A stretch of DNA of 64,000 nucleotides from Octopus bimaculoides (lineage: Eukaryota): NCBI RefSeq assembly GCF_001194135.2, contig NC_068981.1, positions 60,894,708 through 60,958,707 on the forward strand, in the 5' to 3' direction. Under the pieces are notes generated by a model, which worked only from the letters and a program-made list of their open reading frames with translations, was not told the origin of the DNA and did not search any database. The position numbers and the translations under genes are program-made. Positions 1 through 14,149 of the stretch are shown in pieces (the first letter of the stretch is position 1; every line of letters starts with the position of its first letter).

Positions 1-1126
1 AAAATCATTACCACGTTGGGCATCCATGACTCAGGCCCATCCTGCGGCCTTGATTCTCTCACAACCTATAACACGAAGTCTAACCCTGACAATGCAACCC
101 ATGTGTTCATCTTCGAGGTGCTGGTTTAATGCCAGTCTCCTGGCCGTCACCTGAGTCGCAGAGCCAGTTCTCATTGCTTCCTCTAATTCCTTAACTAAAA
201 CTGATTCCCTCCTACTCTCTCTAGTCACTAAACTTATGCTACATCTAACAGACTCAAATTTAATGGCTCCCTTGAGGGCATACCACTATTTCTTATTTAT
301 AATGGCACCGATTGATTCCCTCTGAATCAACAACCTAATCCCATCACTGTACTCCTTAATCGCCAAAAAGGGACGTATTAAGTTTCCAGTAGCCGGAACC
401 TCTATTATATCGCTTATCTACGTCAAGCCTACAGGTGATCATTGTATGATCACTGTAGCTGACTGGGTAAAACTGTGGACACTTAGCTATATTTCTATCT
501 ATTTTTCTAATTAACACTCTATGTATGTATGACCTGGAAGATCCGTCGCTATTTGACCAAGTCCACATTGGAGTGTTCAGAAATTCTAACCTATAAGGAT
601 CTGCTAGCTCAAAGTGGCTTAGCAGTTCCAGGAAACAAGAATTACATTTTCTAGTGGTTCTCGAGCTAACATAATCTACGCGTGCCTCGAACATTGTGTT
701 AAAGTCACTTATCACAACTAAAGAATGGGTAGTACTGAGAAACCTCTCCAGATTCCGAAAAAAATCACTTTGCCCGGATGGCTGGGGTGCAAAAATTGCA
801 ACCAGTCTGAAAACTTTACCAAGGCTGAAAGTCAAGTCCATGATAACCAGCCTACCTACGTTCTGGATCTGAAAAAATTAACTTTTTCTCAGAAACCCGG
901 TTTCTTTTTAATAGGACCACCTCCTTCCCCTACTAGAAGGACAACCTGGAGAGAAAAAAAAAACTCTCGTAGCCATTCAACAGAGGGAGCAGATCTCTTG
1001 GCTCCCTTAACCGTGTCTCTGTAGCAACAATAACATCCAAATTCCACAACCATTAAGGAAGCGACCTTGCTTCCAGCCTGACATCAGGCTACGCACATTT
1101 AAACAATCTACAAGAAGGTTTGACAT
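1..1126 (-). pseudogene. LINE ORF2 N-terminus: APE endonuclease and linker (disrupted)
   Basis: CLNVRSL, ATETR, AIFAP, ISDFN, SRSYIHRVL, YSDH and GSGYWKLN motifs typical of the L1/Tx1 endonuclease. Confidence 0.9.
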
Positions 1127-1140
1127 TACTTACCTCCGCC

Positions 1141-2410
1141 TCAGTGGTTCGAGGTTCCTTCGTTCTCCTTTTTTTTCTCCTTTTCCCGGGCTCGTGGTGT
1201 ATTTGGACGTAGGCCCTCGTAAATATATGGAGAAAAATCCATTCTGAGAAGGCCTACATCGTGAAAGAATTCATACTTAATCCGTCTGTAATCCTTTCGA
1301 CTTATCCTCTTGATGAAAAAGTTTTTTGATGATGCTTTTTCTACTTGTTTGGCAGATGAAATGGCTGCCAAACGGTTCATTGGTCTATTATTCGATTCCT
1401 TGATGGCCATGTAAGTATTTTCTTTTTCTTTGTCGTTCTTCATTTTTAAGTTCAGTTTAGTAGGGGCAGTCTGTGTTTTTTTCTTCTTTTTTTTTTGGAA
1501 ACAGTCGACAATCCTCTTCTCTATTTTTCTCTTCACTCTCCTCTGTTGATCTTCGTGTTGACTCTACTCTCGGTGTTGGTGCTAGCGTTTCATCTTTTTG
1601 TTCTTTTTCTCTCGCTTTACATTCCGACCTGATGTGGCCCTTTAACCCGCAGTTAAAACATCTTGGTTTTCTTCCTTCAACAAATACTATCAATTTTTCT
1701 TCGCCTACATTTATGATTTCCGCAATCTCTTCGAGATTTGTGACTTCTGCTTGAATTAGCATTGTCAAGCATTGTCCCTTCCATTTCTCCTCCTTTTCCA
1801 CAGCGGCCTGGAATATAGTCATATTGTCCTCCAGACCCATCGTGATAGCTGTCACTAAACAGGCAGCATCAACTTCTGGAGGGATGTTGTTCACTTTCAC
1901 CTTTCACGTTCTTCTTATATATACGGGAAGAAGAATCACCTCCTCCGTTCTGACGGTCTCCGAGGAGTACTTCTTGGCTGCTTCCTCTGACCTAAACCTC
2001 ACTTCGACCGTTCCAAATCTTATACCACGGTTGATGTACGTAATATCAGGCCAAATAAGTTTGAGGCATTTTTCTACAATTTTCTCCTTTGTTTTATATA
2101 TCCTCTTTTTTTTCCCAATGTTGTAGGTTTTATATAAGATTCTCCTCTTGTTAACTGTGTCAATTGTTTCTTCTGGAGTGGCCACTTGAATTTCAGACTC
2201 CTCTTTGTTTAGTATTGACATATATCTTTGCAGATTGCTTCTCTTCGTGTTCAACTGGCTTTCTTATCTTCCAGCTACCTAGGCGAACTTTTTGGGTGAT
2301 ACTGCCGGTGAATTTCTCCCTTCAAAAATGTTTAATTCTCTCGGTGTCACTTCCGGTGAAATTCTTTCTTCACCTGCTTCAGACACAGGTGAGTACGAAA
2401 TTGTTGAAAG
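1141..2410 (-). pseudogene. LINE ORF1 (gag-like, RRM + CCHC zinc knuckle), disrupted
   Basis: CFNCGLKGHIRSEC knuckle; ORF-track pieces 1904-2254, 1457-1900 and 1141-1536 join via frameshifts. Confidence 0.88.
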
Positions 2411-3939
2411 CAAAGAAGTTTCTTTTTTTCTTTTTCAAAAAATTGGCTTAAAAGCAATCAATATTTTTTTTTAACATAACAGTAACAACAACTCACAACA
2501 GTACTTCAATCAAACAAAACACAGAGAAGTGTAAAACGTACTAACAACAGGAGACTTGTAAGAACGAAACGGATCGGTTGGTGGAGACACTAACCCCTAG
2601 AACTGATTATTTACAGTTGATAAAAACGGAAGTAACAGTGATTAATGGGAGAAAAATAACGGGAGTATTTGAATCTTTTGAGTTGCGAAACTGTTAAAAT
2701 GTATACATGATGTTGAAGTAAAAGTGAAAAACTAGATAAATGCAACCACCAGACTTCGGAGGTTCAGTGGACATTGCGTTTCGTTCTTGCATATTATCAT
2801 TATATTTTAATTTTTCTTCTACTATTATGATTCGCTTTTGTAATTTTTAGTTCCCTGATTTTATGTTTGATGCGTTTTGTACTGTTTTTATGTTTTGTGA
2901 TGTCCTATAAAAACTCCTTGTATAGCCTTTTTGAGGTAATAAAGAAATCGGTATTTCGTCTGTCTTTACGTTCTGAGNNNNNNNNNNNNNNNNNNNNNNN
3001 NNNNNNNNNNNNNNNNNNNNNNNNNNNNNNNNNNNNNNNNNNNNNNNNNNNNNNNNNNNNNNNNNNNNNNNNNNNNNNNNNNNNNNNNNNNNNNNNNNNN
3101 NNNNNNNNNNNNNNNNNNNNNNNNNNNNNNNNNNNNNNNNNNNNNNNNNNNNNNNNNNNNNNNNNNNNNNNNNNNNNNNNNNNNNNNNNNNNNNNNNNNN
3201 NNNNNNNNNNNNNNNNNNNNNNNNNNNNNNNNNNNNNNNNNNNNNNNNNNNNNNNNNNNNNNNNNNNNNNNNNNNNNNNNNNNNNNNNNNNNNNNNNNNN
3301 NNNNNNNNNNNNNNNNNNNNNNNNNNNNNNNNNNNNNNNNNNNNNNNNNNNNNNNNNNNNNNNNNNNNNNNNNNNNNNNNNNNNNNNNNNNNNNNNNNNN
3401 NNNNNNNNNNNNNNNNNNNNNNNNNNNNNAAAAAAAAAAAAAAAAAAAAAAAATTACATTCACGTTGTGAACATTATAGTTCATTACCCAGCTATTTGCT
3501 TTTAGTTACTTTTTTATATACTAACTGAAAGTATGAAAAGCAAAAATTAACCCAGAAGGAATTGTAAAAGCACGCAATTAAGAGTCACTAGATATTTTCT
3601 TCCGAGATTTAGAGACTAGGCGTTTTTTACCCACTTCCTACCCTTCACATCAATACCCACAGCTTGACATCAATAATATTCATTTCTAGCCGATGGGCAA
3701 GGCCAAAAGTTTTTAGCATCAAGGTTATTTGATTAAATCGACTCTAGAACTTGATTAGTATCGCATTTTATCAACAAAGTAAAGTTGATCGACGAGTTGG
3801 GTTGAGCTTAGAACGTAAATAACTGTAACTAAATACAGCATATTTTGCGCGACTCTCAATAATTCCATTCAACCAACTGAATTTCTGATCATATATTTGT
3901 TTTTCGATTAAATAAAAATCTTCAAACTTTTGGGGATGG

Positions 3940-4095
3940 CTTAGCCAATTGTATCGACAACAGTACTTTACTGACACTATTTCATCGACCTCCGAAGTAT
4001 GAAAATCGGAGTCAATTTTTGAACTCAGAATTTAAAGTACCCGGAAAATTACCGCAAAACATTCGTTTCAGCGCAATATCGATTTTACCAATACA
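3940..4095 (-). mobile_element. tRNA-derived SINE, family A, degenerate
   Basis: ATCGAC...TTTCATCGACCTCCGAAGTATGAAA...GAACTCAGAA aligns by eye to the copy at 14925-15111. Confidence 0.6.
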
Positions 4096-5061
4096 TCGTC
4101 CGCATTTATAATCAAAAAGAATGAATAGAACTCATTTTAAGTCATTAGTAACTAATATTGGAGAGTCACTGGGGAAAAACGTTATATTGAAACATTAATT
4201 GGCGTTCTATTTATAGCTGCTATATTTCTTCACATTCGTGCCAACTATTTCTATATGGGTTGATGGTCATAGGCTTTGAAGTCAGGACCAGCTCATTATT
4301 TTCCCCGGCATTTGCCCTCTAGACCAATGTTATATAATGTAATATTTATTTTGCCTTTTAAAGAATTATTGGTGGATGTGATTTTAGACCGATCTGACTG
4401 ATTCTTCTAGGTGTTCTCTACTTAGCAACGATGCAGTGTTTATATGCATTAATGTCTACGAAATATAAATTAGAAATGCTGCTATTTCACTATTCCGCTT
4501 ATTGGAGAGCAATGTAGTAACAGTGTGGTGTCAAATGCCTCGCGAAATAACTCTCTATATTTTCTTTTATTCATTGCATCACTTCCAACCAAACAGGTAT
4601 CAAATGAGTCGGTTGCTACATTAGCTGGAAGTAACAGCCAAACTTACTTAACGTCACACCATAATGTGCGAAGAAATCTTATACGAGTTCGACAAGATGC
4701 CTTATTTGCAACGTCTTTAATTCAACTCTCTTCCATTAGGGCTGCCCAAGAACAGAAAATCAAAATCCAATACTACCACATCCTAGCAATGAATACAGAT
4801 CCAACATGAAAATATGTATGTTGTGTTAGATATACAACAACAATAATGAAAATATCTTGCTTCATTCTGACCGGTATTAAATTTGGAATGGATACGCTTC
4901 CCAATCAAGTAATGCCTAAAGAATCGAAACGAGAAAATTTGTGTAAACCATTAAGAAGACCAATAATTTATAAATACTGTTTTATTTAAATTTGTTAGCG
5001 AAATATATATAAAATATTTCAAAACTGTTATTTTTTTATGTGTATACGAAAGAGGAAGATA

Positions 5062-5092
<31 letters not shown>

Positions 5093-5729
5093 AATGCGCT
5101 TGTTTCCTGAAGGGAATCTGGAGCAATGCAGCTACGCATTTTATACATACAAAATGAAGAACTTTGGGTATCAAAGAAACATTCTGTTGGAAAGAAAATG
5201 ATTTGCACCTTGCCAGTAAGGTTAAAAGCTAATAATTGGTTTTAGATTAATTTAGCCATTAAAAACCTATGGGGATTGCTGCAAGCAACAAAGAAGCAAA
5301 ACAACAAGTTTTCTTTAATACGAACGCTGAAACGTTCATTGTCAATTCTAATCAAGACATCAAACACAATATATTATTAGGTAAAGTTCTATTGCATGCT
5401 GTTCGAAGTCTGAATGTAAGCTATTGCGGCAAAATGAAATCGCTTCCATTAGGTTTACAGCGGTAAAATCAGTTAATGTGGACATTTCATAAAAGCTTTA
5501 AATCTCCAAATTTTCTGCCCTCTCAATTGTTTATACGGGCAAAGCAATTTAGTTACATTTGGACGTATATAATGAAATGATAAGAGTAGCATTATATTCG
5601 ACTGGAATTCTGCCATTAAGTTCTGAAGGGCTGTGTATCAATAAACACATTAATTCACAACTAGAGATTGATTCTGGTTTCAGTGTTTATGTATCTCAGT
5701 GTTCAGATAATATATTCGAACAACAATAG

Positions 5730-7081
5730 AGACAAAGTGCATTCAGAGGAGACATTTCTTTAGCTTTCAAGAAGTACGAAACTTTAATATTCTTCAAAGA
5801 AAGATCCTTTGATTTCATTGCACATGTTGCTGCTCAGCAGTCACTTCGTGAATTATCCCTGTAAGTCCTCGAAAGTGAAGATATCCTTGTCCAGGACCAA
5901 TGTCACAGCTTTTGCATCTTTTCAATGACTTACAAACGATCGCCCCAGTGTTATCTACCAGCTTGAAGAACAACCGAAATTCATAGTGGGCAAGGTCTGG
6001 AGAATAGGTATGACCAAGGAAGGTCTGTGAAGCACTTGGTTACCAGAATGGAATTGTGTATTGTCTTGGTGCAGGTATCATCAACCCGAATGGAAAATCA
6101 CAGGGCTTTTACGACAAAATATGTTCCTAAACACCACCAAAACCACCTCAAAGTAACATTTGTTTACCATTGGGCTAGACGAAACCTAGCATCATATATG
6201 ATGCCCTTCCTGTCAACATAGGGGTTCATCGAGATTTTCACGGTGGACATATTTTGTGTGGACACCTTAGGCTTCGGTGAGCCAGGATGCTTCTATTGGG
6301 TACTGTCTCTTGGTCTCTGATTCACAAAAACTTTCCTGACAGGTTACCAGAGACACAAGTAATCTTGGATTGGACATAATGAGTTCAACCATTTCCTTGC
6401 ACACGCCAACGCGCCTTTCCTTTTGTTTATCTTTCAGCACCCTCGTTACAAAGTTTGTCCAAATTTAGCCCACGTTTAGATTTTCATGTGTACTTCTGCG
6501 TACAGCTTCTATACCCACTCCAAATTTTGAACCAGAAAACTGCGAAATTTCTCAACTAGCTCTGATGTTCTGACGTTCCTCTCCTTCCCACTTCTCTAAT
6601 CGTGTCTGATCTCTCTAGCGTCATGGGATTTCTTGTACCAGCTGAAAACCGGACGTAGATTTAAATGCAACTGATATGCATCCGAGAACGTGAACATCAC
6701 TATCTTGCTAACTAACATCCTCAGTAACACTTAAGATTCTTCCTCGTCACAACGTATAGATACACGGTAACTGATACTCATGAGCGTGTAAGTCTTATAT
6801 CTACAACTTACATATACTAATGTTCACGTCTTCATATTTTAATATTGTTTCCGTTCCAGCAGTTATATTTCAAACCACGATTGCTAGAGCATGAACACTT
6901 TATAACTCGATCCATGCTACTTGTAACTGTATTCATTTTATTGAATTATAGATCTGCAATACCCGATTAAATTTGTACTGGCTGGAGATTAAATTGACAT
7001 ACAGTTCAAAATGAGATCATTATCCACCATTTCCTAACTCTGAACTCCAGAGCCGGAAGTTGCTATTTTAGAATAGCCGTA
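5730..7081 (-). mobile_element. mariner (Tc1/mariner) transposon with pseudogenised transposase
   Basis: Minus-strand translation gives LVTCQES (VTGDE-like), HQDNT, HTYSPDLAH and C-terminal IKGSFFE; TIR-like ends near 5730 and 7081. Confidence 0.8.
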
Positions 7082-7496
7082 CGAACTTGTGCAGAAAAAC
7101 AAACTGCTGCGCGGGAAAGACCTCATTATTACTATTATGTAAACTCCAAATCTAATAATCGTATATTCTTGAAGGCAAAGCAACACACAAACGCAGATAT
7201 ACTATTATGAATATTATTAATGCATGCATACAAGCACATTCAGAAACATAAGCACTTATATTACAGAGGTACGGAAAGCGAAGGTGAAAGCATAGAAGAT
7301 ACATGCACAGATATACATAAATATATNNNNNNNNNNNNNNNNNNNNNNNNNNNNNNNNNNNNNNNNNNNNNNNNNNNNNNNNNNNNNNNNNNNNNNNNNN
7401 NNNTATATATATATATATATATATATATTGTGTGTGTGTGTGTGTGTGTGTGTGTACGTATAGAGAGAGAAAGAGAGAGATATATGTATATATTTA

Positions 7497-9160
7497 TATT
7501 GGCATGCCTCACCCTAAGTCGTAAATTGGTTCCAGGAGACGCGACCTAAGTCCAATTAACTTGTCTCTACACTAGGCTAGGTCGAATTTACATGAATCTA
7601 GTCTTAACCGATAATTACCATTCCCAGTTCTGTACTTTATTTATGAATGCATCTTCAATAATACATGGTTTATAAAAACCTATTTTAAGCTTTCAAACAA
7701 ATAATCTTAATTTTATGATACAGTACAGTAAAACAAAAATGTAATCTAAATTTACGATAACAAATTGGCAGTGTTTACCGTACATCGCTGACGCTTTATT
7801 TATGAATGCAGTTTGCAATAAGATATGGTAAAATAAAAGCCTTTTTTATGTTTAAAAAGTAAGTTCAGTAATTACTATTATTTTGCAATATGAAAAAAAC
7901 CTACATTATTTTAAGTTTACCAATACGTATATACAGTTTGGTGGTTTATATCGCGGATGTAGATGGCTGTGGATCGTGAACATCAGCAGCTGACAGTGGC
8001 TGTTCTTGCAGTTCGATGCGGTTAAAAATCCGTTTGAGAGTTCCTTCAACTGTCTTCTTCTTTTCCTCAAGGATTACGTTATAAGGATCAAAATCTTCGT
8101 GACAAGCTCCCATAATCTTGTAGAAACGTTGAGCATTTGGATCCATATCCTCGAACATAGAAAACCTTTTCTCGATATATGCAAATGCTTGCTGAATTTC
8201 CTTAATGGTACTTGGCTCAGGTTCGACTTTCTCTTCTTCTTTCTTTTGATAGAGTTTGTGAAGCTCTATCAAATGCTCGTACATCAGGGGCTGCTTGTCT
8301 TTTTCAAATAAATCTATGAAATCCTTCTCCTCCAAATCCATTTCCAGTTCTTTGCTCGTAGTCACCAATGTTTTGTTGACAACATTATCAAACCCCTTAA
8401 AATCATTCACGAATTGTGGGCGTAGGTTCTTCCATACACCATTCTTAGCCTTGCTCTGTACATCATTCCATGCTGCTGCTATGCTCTGTACAGACTTGTA
8501 ATTATCATATCTCTTCCAAAAGTCACGAAGTGTGATGGATTCATCAGGATCAGCTGCAACTATTGCTCGCTGCAGCGTACGCTTCATATAGTAACAGTTC
8601 ATATAGTAAGGCCTTTTTTATAGCGTTTTATCACAGCCAGTTTACCATTCAACGTAATAGCATGACACTTTGCACTTTCACAATAAATTTTCTTAGTCGC
8701 TATGGGGACGAAAAAATTAAGTCACGAATGAATGAGAATGTGCAAGTAGCCGATAAACAGTCATAAACAAATCTGAATTGAGTACAATCGCGAGAATCAC
8801 GAGTGACAACGACGTTTAACAATAGATATTGGAGCTATAGTGCAATATGTGCTCTGAAAGACATATAAATAAGACTGATTTCATGATTTCTTTCACTAAG
8901 CTACTCTACTTGATGGTGTGTACCTTAACATTTACTGTACATATTTTAATATGATTTTATATGATTTGATTGTTATTTATTGTAGAGTAACATGATTTTA
9001 TGTGCTTTCAACGGTTTTCTAGTGATTTTATGATCTTAATATCTGTGGCGGACAGACGTAAAGTCGAGAAAAATTATTTAACTTGATTTTATTTTTCCAT
9101 ATATTATTTTTGAAAACCGACGTATAATTGAGAATCATTTAAATGGGATGCCTTGTACAT
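7497..9160 (-). mobile_element. Tigger/pogo-like DNA transposon, internally deleted
   Basis: C-terminal transposase segment plus Tigger-like termini (GGCAT(G)CC... at both ends, imperfect). Confidence 0.75.
7946..8602 (-). pseudogene. Tigger/pogo transposase C-terminal fragment
   Basis: ITLRDFWKRYD...IAAAWNDV...NGVWKNLRPQFVNDFKGF and PQPSTS tail match Tigger DDE_1 C-termini. Confidence 0.85.
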
Positions 9161-11724
9161 GTGTAAATGAGTATACATACACACCCCACACACTCATACA
9201 CATATAAATAGATATATAGATACACACTCACACACACACACATATATATATANNNNNNNNNNNNNNNNNNNNNNNNNNNNNNNNNNNNNNNNNNNNNNNN
9301 NNNNNNNNNNNNNNNNNNNNNNNNNNNNNNNNNNNNNNNNNNNNNNNNNNNNNNNNNNNNNNNNNNNNNNNNNNNNNNNNNNNNNNNNNNNNNNNNNNNN
9401 NNNNNNNNNNNNNNNNNNNNNNNNNNNNNNNNNNNNNNNNNNNNNNNNNNNNNNNNNNNNNNNNNNNNNNNNNNNNNNNNNNNNNNNGAGAGACAGAGAG
9501 AGAGTGAAAGGGAGCAGGAATTTATGTTTATGTTTGTCGTCTATGAATATAACTTTCCTAATCGTTATTCATGATTTTTTACACTGCAGTTTGGGGCAAT
9601 GTTTTTTAAAAAAATCTTGAGACACATTGGTAGTCTTTAATCAATCTTTCTTTCATTAATAAACCTATTTTATGATTTTGATTAAATTTAAGCTATATAA
9701 TCCAATATAATTGTTCCAATTCAAGTGGCATTCTACTACATTGATATATCATTCAGATTTAAAACAAACACATACAGTTATAAAAATAAATTTAATGATA
9801 TTGTTTGGACAATGAATTTTATGTTGATAAGCGTGCCTTTGGTTTAAATATATTCTCATATATATTCGGATATATAATTGCATCAGTTTCTTTGCTCAAA
9901 CATATATGAAGTTATGATATGCATATTCGCTGCCTAACCCTGTAATCAATCATTTGTTAAAACACGCGTTGTATAATGTATAAAAGTACACCTGTGTACG
10001 TTCCTAGTTGTATACACAGTTTTGCAGTTATATCACTGACATTTTGCAATGGAACACGTATTCTTTGAAGAATAGACTATTTAACATTTTCACTTCTAGC
10101 AGACATTCTAACAAAATTACATATTAACAATCACTTCGACAATATTGAATGTATTAAGAAATTTCATATCTAATAAATTTATAGCATATATGTATAATAT
10201 TTTGAAGGCAAAAAACACGTTTTCCTGGAACAGAGTTACTTAAGAGAAACATTTTAACTTCGAATCTATATTTTTGTCTCAATGACTTTTTTCTACTTTT
10301 AATGATGCTTCTTTGAACTACTTACTGATTTGTTTGCAGCAAGCGTGTTAAATGAATGAAAAAACAAAACACAAGAAAAAAAGAACAACATTCACAGAAC
10401 AACTGAAGAATGTCAGTAATTTCTTGGGAGATTTTTTTCCGTAATGTAGAGAATTCGTATGATTGCTTTCTTTTTAAAACCCCTCTAATGGACGCGGATA
10501 TTATTTTTTAATAATTTAATTTCTTTCCAAATGTCTTTTGCCTTCCACTAATCTTTAGAAATGTATCTGTTGTGTACTGCTGTCGATTTATACGACTATT
10601 TCCGCTGCACTTCGCGAAATAAAAACAATGAGTTGTGCCCGTTTGCAAAAGTTAGAAGGGAAGAAACATTTTTGCACGATAATTTAAATCATCAAAAATA
10701 TCCGGAAAATAGCTGCTTTTGCTTTCTAGAAGTCTGTTAAGGAAGTACCTGTCACGAACTGTCTTAGAGTAACTAGAATACTCCTACCCCGCCTCGGCAT
10801 GAAACAAATTAAAAGAATCTATGCCCTTGTGTATATATTGGAAGTCAATAGTTTGTACAAAATATTTAGAATCCTCAAAACTACATGAAAAAAAAAATCA
10901 ATTAGATTTGGAATGCGCAACACTTGATTTAGCAGGCAAAATATCATTCCTGTAAATGTTCATATAATATCATATTAAATATTTTTGTTCGTATCGTTGT
11001 TGAACGGAAGGAGCGAGTGAAAGGCAGACGATGTTTCACAGAAGTGAGTATTCTACCATTACACTATTTTGTAGTATTTGCCGTGTAGTAGTATTGTGAT
11101 GTTTTTTTTTAGCTATGTTGTGCTTTCAGAACTTTTGAGTGCTTTTGTTTGTGCTTTTGTTTTATTTGTCATCTTCCATAAATTTTTCTTTTCATCAGTT
11201 TATAATTTTTAAGATAAAATTTCGTTTGTTGATTTAGCAAATAAGATTTTTTAAAATAAGACTTAATATTAATGTCATGTGTGTCATATAACTGACAATA
11301 TTGTCTGTTAAGCCCCTGTAGGTTTTTACTTCGAAGAATGCAAAGCACATCACTTTCGAGCAACATGAAAAATAATGACATAAAAAGTGCCAAATAACTT
11401 AAAGTCTGTATTAACATTCTATGAAATTTAAAATGCTGACGTCTAACAATACGAAAACGAACCTGACTTCTACATATCTGACATTATTTATAAGTTTTCT
11501 GGTACATTTTCGTCTGTCGTATCTTTGATTACCAATGCTATCTATGATAAATTCGATGCATGAGCCACAAAACGTGCGATCCAGACACTCCAATGTTTCA
11601 AATAAAGAAATTCTTATGTAACTGAAAACCCCATTTTAACTACTGAAGAGAATGTTGTTGACGCTACTGTTGTGTGTATATGTGTGGCGTGTGCTAGTAT
11701 ATATAAAAAAAAACACGAAAGTTC

Positions 11725-11962
11725 ATTCCTGAGTCATATAGACTCTTAGGGCCGGTTTCCTATTTCTATGGCATATATATTCCCCACCTGGACGGGCCGT
11801 CAGTCTGTCAAAGAATTACTAATTTTTCCCAGCTGAGTGAATTGGAGCAACGTGAAATGAAGTGTTATGCTCAAGAACACATTCCGTCGCCCCTTCCTGG
11901 AATCGAAACCACAATCTTACCATCAAGAGTCTATCATCCTAATTATTAAGCCACGCACCTTT
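11725..11962 (-). mobile_element. tRNA-headed SINE, family C
   Basis: Reverse complement has A-box GTGGCTTAAT, B-box GGTTTCGATTCC, and core TGTGTTCTTGAGCATAACACTTCATTTCACGTTGCTCCA. Confidence 0.75.
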
Positions 11963-14096
11963 ACGTGCTTGTGTGAAGTGAGAAAAATGATTGTTTCTCC
12001 TGTGAAGATATTCTAACAGTGATTTGATTCGTAAACTGGTATACACCTAACTGAGGACCATATTTAATTTCTTACAGGCGTTTCTACTGCGCAGAATGAG
12101 AAGTTTGTAATTTCTCCTTGTCAGCTGACTTCTGTTAAAAAAATGTTGCGTTGATAACTTCCATTGTAACTGTTTTCGATGAGAACGATAACCGAACTTT
12201 CCAGAAGTGACCATTCTGTCTTATTAGATGTGACTTGAACAACTTTATGACAAAGACTTTTAGTTCAAAGTGCACAGATATGATTTCAGGAAACCATTTA
12301 AAGAATCTTCTATATTAATTTCTGACGTTAGCAAAATAGGAGGCACTTATTTTTTACTGAGTCAACGTGCTTTTCATTTTACAGTCATTCGAGTACATAT
12401 ATGTAAATGAATACTAGATTATTAGAATAGTAAATCAGGAATATCCCAGTAGATCAAACGGTTCCAAAAATGTTTATCATTATGTAAGGGGTTAATCCGC
12501 ATTGAACAAATATTATGAACTGGGACTATGTTGAAACCTGAATGGATATTAAGTATTTTGAAACCCATACATTCCTCCTAAACCAATGGTTTGATTAACT
12601 AAAACATTTGCCAATGGGCATTTTCAATCTGCAGATGATTTTAAAGTTCACCACTCGATATTTGTAGCTTGCTATTACATGTACAAACAATGGGTATGTT
12701 ATTTTGCTTTCGTTGTCGTTTGTTACAATGAAGGTAAATGTCATTTACTTTATATACCTATCAAGACTTACTTGCTGTTATAAGCTAGTCTCCATCCGCT
12801 TCTAATCCAAGAAATCTTTAGTCAATCTATAATTGGGTATCGAGGATATTTCTTGTGGAATTACAATTCTAATTAGTAAGCACTTCCAAAGCAAGCTCAT
12901 TATGTCTACATTATAAATGTGTTTATGCATTGAAACATAACCCTCTACTATTTTTTCTAATCTGATGTTGCTTCCATGTCAGCAGCTTCTGTTTCTCCTT
13001 TATCTGTTGCACTAAGCAATTTAGATCGCTTTTTGTATATATACCAAACCAGCAATTTCTTGCAGTAAATATTTCTTCAAATATTCATATTAATCAAAGA
13101 TTTTTAATGCAAAATATTACGGTAATAATTTTTTCATTACTTAACTCGTAGATGGCAGGGAGTCGATGATTGTATCTTCATTCATGTATATTTTTGTTAT
13201 CCATTAAATTCGTAGATGCTCTTGATTGATCCAAAGGATGCTACTAAATTTAAATATTTCACGATCTTTCATATTTGAAATTACTTTTCATCTAAATATT
13301 TCATTTTCTTTATATTATCAATAATATACACAAATGCCAAATGAAATTCACTTACATATATTTCCTGTGGTTATACAGATAATTCCTAATAAATAAGGTA
13401 AAAGCAAAAAATAAAGCTATGAGAAATACATGTTTTAATATAATAATTATAGTAAATTAAAATATGTATTATTATAAGATGAATGATTTTAAATAAAACA
13501 GTTGAGAATGAAAATTACCTTATATTTCAAGTAACCACTAATATTCAATAGCATAGCCAAAATGTCAGTTTTGTTTCCAGGACTAGTGAAAGGGAAGAAG
13601 CGTAAGATATTGACCTACATTCGATTGTAAAATATGCTAGGGATATTCGGAAAGTGCCAATTGTGTGCACCCATTTAGTGTACATGTCATTTGTTCATGG
13701 AGGGTTATTAGATAACCTGTATCAATTTTTTTATTTTTAATATTGAAAGTACAGAACTTTATTGAAATTTTACCTATTATATAGGGGATCAGTTTTATAT
13801 GATGCGTTGTGCTTAATTACAGCAAGTTTAGCTAGGAATTTGTTAAATTAACAACTTCGTTATGAGAATTAATTGATTCAATGGTTTCGATGCAGTAGTT
13901 TAATGGCTAGTGCAAAGCTAATGTAGATTGTATTCTGCACGAACAACGTCAACACGCAAACAAACAGATATTATTGAGGCATATATATAAAATTGAATTT
14001 TATAGCAGCCAAAATAAAAGTTTATCGGTATTTTGGGCACTACATTTAAAAGAGATACTGTTGTATGTGCATAACTGCTTTTATATAATATATATA

Positions 14097-14140
14097 TACG
14101 TGGTGTGATCAATAGGTATCCGGACTGGTGCTATAAATAC
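14097..14140 (+). mobile_element. isolated mariner-like terminal repeat remnant
   Basis: TA-CGTGGTGTGATCAATAGGTATCCGGAC at the end of a (TA)n run. Confidence 0.4.
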
Positions 14141-14149
14141 AAATGAATA

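Larger units (their letters stand above)
1..2608 (-). mobile_element. L1/Tx1-clade LINE, 5' part (5'UTR, ORF1, start of ORF2); continues beyond the window start
   Basis: ORF1 with RRM-like region and CCHC knuckle, followed after about 15 nt by an APE endonuclease ORF2; several stops and frameshifts. Confidence 0.92.

Noticed and set aside
4648-4741. Minus-strand exon-like segment with an in-frame TGA (possible selenocysteine)
   Set aside because: All three frames have stops, there is no recognisable selenoprotein motif, and no SECIS was seen.
5764-5861. Apparent + strand exon with a GTAAGT donor
   Set aside because: It is the antisense of the mariner transposase C-terminus.
12960-13614. Series of minus-strand exon candidates (13519-13614, 13356-13385, about 12960-13060)
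   Set aside because: The splice phases are incompatible and the peptides are unrecognised.
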